Shown: piece by piece, positions 61,790 to 64,000 of the stretch | How the letters are laid out: the number at the start of each line of letters is the position of its first letter | Numbering within the stretch: position 1 is the stretch's first letter | DNA from: Raja brachyura | Lineage: Eukaryota | Length of the DNA: 64,000 bases | Assembly: GCA_963514005.1 (NCBI GenBank) | Contig: OY740791.1 | Span: 52,390,001-52,454,000 of the forward strand | Reading direction: 5' to 3' | Position numbers and translations under genes: made by a program | Notes under the pieces: generated by a model | The model's input: only the letters and a program-made list of their open reading frames with translations | Databases searched by the model: none | Told to the model about the DNA's origin: nothing

Positions 61790-62974
61790 CTGTTTAAGAA
61801 GAGGAACAGTGGAAGTATTTTAATATAATCATGCATGTTTTATTCCATAGTAATTATTTATCTTGGTTTTCCATAGAAACAATATTATTATTTTTATCAA
61901 TTCATCATCGTATCTAAATGCCACACTGTTACTCAAGCAAATGAACAACTCTTGCACATTTGGTGCAGTTGTCAATATATACATCAATGATGATATGTTG
62001 AATTTACTGCAATTAGGGGTCTCAGGGAAAGTGTAGTGGATATGAGGGTGAAAGAGAATCTCAATAGATATGGAGGAGTCAGTCTGCATTTGTTTCCCAT
62101 TTCCTTTTACTAAAGTAGAGATTGCAACTCTTTTGACTGAAGTGTAAATTTCACTGGCTCAAAATAACTGCAAAAATTCCAAATTTTACAGACACTAATA
62201 TTCTTATTTTTCAAATTCTATCCATGATTCAGCCTTTTAAAAATTGAATGGTAAACTTTATGGAAATCAGTGATTACTCAAGTTTGTAAAATAAATGGAA
62301 ATCAATGGGGAATTTTGGATGACTTGGGATGGTACAGCATTGTTACTGGAAGCTGAAAGCAAATGTACACAGATTTTAAGGAGCAGGGATGTGGAAATGT
62401 GTTTCAAGGTCAGTTTATTATCACATGTACCAATTAAGGTACAGTGAAATTCAAATTGCCATACTAAAAAAAAAGCAACAAGTCACACAACTACGCAAAA
62501 ATTAACATAAACATCCACCACAGTGGATTCTCCACATTCCTCACTGAGATGTAAGGCAATAAAGTCAAATCTTCTTCCTCTTTACTCTTCTGCGGTCGGG
62601 GCAGTCGAACCATCCGCATCGAATCCCCTGCGGCTTGGAACTTCCGAAGTCGTTCTGTGACCAGAGACTGCGAGCTCCACGATGTTAAAGTCTGCAGGCT
62701 CCCGCGGTTGAGCTCAGAGGTCGATCACTGGCAAAGGGATCGCAGGCTCCACGATGGTAAGTCCGCTGGCACCCGCGGTGGAACTCCAGAAGTTGGTCTC
62801 CAGCAAAGGCTGTTAATTTCTCGAAGTTAGGCCGCAGTGTGGACGAAGATACGATATGGAAAAAAAAAAATTGCTTCTCCGTCAAGATGAGAGCTCTCAT
62901 GATGTAACATGCTTTGTACACATTCAGAAAAAGTAGAAACAAATTGATAATGATTGGTGAACCAATGCACTTAC

Positions 62975-63050
62975 TCTGGGAGAAAACAGACTGAATTAAA
63001 GCAACCAAGACTCCGAACACCAGCCCAGGAGGCATTTTGCTGTGGACCAT
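62975..63050 (-). CDS. CD4/LAG-3-like Ig receptor, coding exon 1 (signal peptide MVHSKMPPGLVFGVLVALIQSVFSQ)
   Basis: ATG at 63050, hydrophobic leader, phase-1 donor A|GTAAGT. An acceptor (ttacag) at 63085 implies an upstream non-coding exon. Confidence 0.8.
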
Positions 63051-63254
63051 TCATAGCCTCATTCCACAGATTCCTTCTCTTTCCCTGTAATAGTGAAACA
63101 AATAGCTTTACATGACATACAAAAAATATCAAGGACGCATTCTCAGCCCCTTAATATAATCCTTATGCACTCACGCCTGCATAACCAAATTCTGGTTTAA
63201 GTCCACTTACAAGATTTCCAATGGCGTCAGCATAGTATGCAGAACCTCAAAAAA

Positions 63255-63412
63255 TTATGAGACAAGTGTGCAGGAAGGAGATAGAGAGCATAGTAGTATG
63301 GTGTCAAAATAACAACTCTATCTCAATGCCAGCAAGCCAAAGGAGCAGGTCATCAATTTCAGAAAGCAATGGAGAGTACACACCCCAGTCTACATCATTG
63401 GTGCTAAAGTGG
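63255..63412 (+). mobile_element. Rex1-like RT fragment
   Basis: RKEIESIVVWCQNNN..NASKPKEQVINFRK. Confidence 0.6.
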
Positions 63413-63435
63413 ACACAAAGTGCTGGAGTAACTCT

Positions 63436-64000
63436 GGACATGGATTTCAGTAAGGCCTTATGGATTGCAGTAAGGCCTTTGACAAGGTTCCCCATGGAAG
63501 GTTGGTTAAGAAGGTTCAATCTTTGGGTGTTAATGGCGGAGTAGCAAGATGGATTCAACAGTGGCTGAATGGGAGATGCCAGAGAGTAATGGTGGATGGC
63601 TGTTTGTCAGGGTGGAAGCCGGTGACCAGTGGGGTGCCTCAGGGATCTGTGTTGTGTCCACTGTTGTTTGCCATGTACATCAATGATCTAGATGATGGGG
63701 TGGAAAATTGGATAAGTAAGTATGCAGATGATACTAAGATAGAGGGTGCTGTGGATAATGCAGTAGATTTTCACAGTCTACCGAGGGATTTGGGCCATTT
63801 GGAAGAGTGGGCTGAAAGATGGCAGATGGAGTTTAATGCTGATAAGTGTGAGGTGCCACATCTTGGCAGGACAAATCAAAATAGGACGTACATGGTAAAT
63901 GGTAGGTAATTGAGGAATGCTGTGGAACAGAGGGATCTAGGAATAACTGCATAATTCCCTGAAGGTGGTAAAGAAAGGTTTTGGTGTGCTGGCCTTTATA
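63436..64000 (+). mobile_element. CR1 LINE RT fragment (runs off the window)
   Basis: KAFDKVPHGRL, GVPQGSVLCP, YADDTKI, WQMEFNADKC. Confidence 0.92.

Noticed and set aside
33472-63050. Assigning the symbol CD4 or LAG3
   Set aside because: No CxC Lck-binding motif, D1 exon not split, D1 lacks canonical cysteines, and there is no synteny information in the window.

Overview
Vertebrate genomic DNA, about 40% GC. It is most likely a cartilaginous fish (skate or ray); this is inferred from HE1/V-SINE-like, CR1(HER1)-like and Penelope-like repeats. One host gene can be assembled by hand on the minus strand from eight GT-AG exons (63050 down to 33472), all joined in phase 1. It encodes a type I membrane protein of about 515 aa: signal peptide, V-C2-V-C2 Ig domains, TM helix and a tyrosine-motif tail. 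This is a CD4/LAG-3-like architecture without the CD4 CxC motif and with an atypical first domain. The rest is retroelement. A fragmented ERV pol (about 6.9-32.3 kb) hosts a nested stack: a Gypsy element (itself interrupted by a DIRS element), a second DIRS element, a nearly intact Rex1/Babar LINE, a 5'-truncated L1 and a second Rex1 fragment. A BEL/Pao element carrying a tRNA-Asp-like sequence lies in an intron. The most striking non-coding signal is a family of four DIRS-type tyrosine-recombinase retroelements. Their ORFs are destroyed, but a roughly 350-nt 3' module (ICR, ITR, an extra crossing helix and an internal echo of the terminus) stays base-paired through subfamily-specific compensatory changes. 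This suggests a non-autonomous, trans-mobilised DIRS lineage. All calls are by eye; no database search was run.
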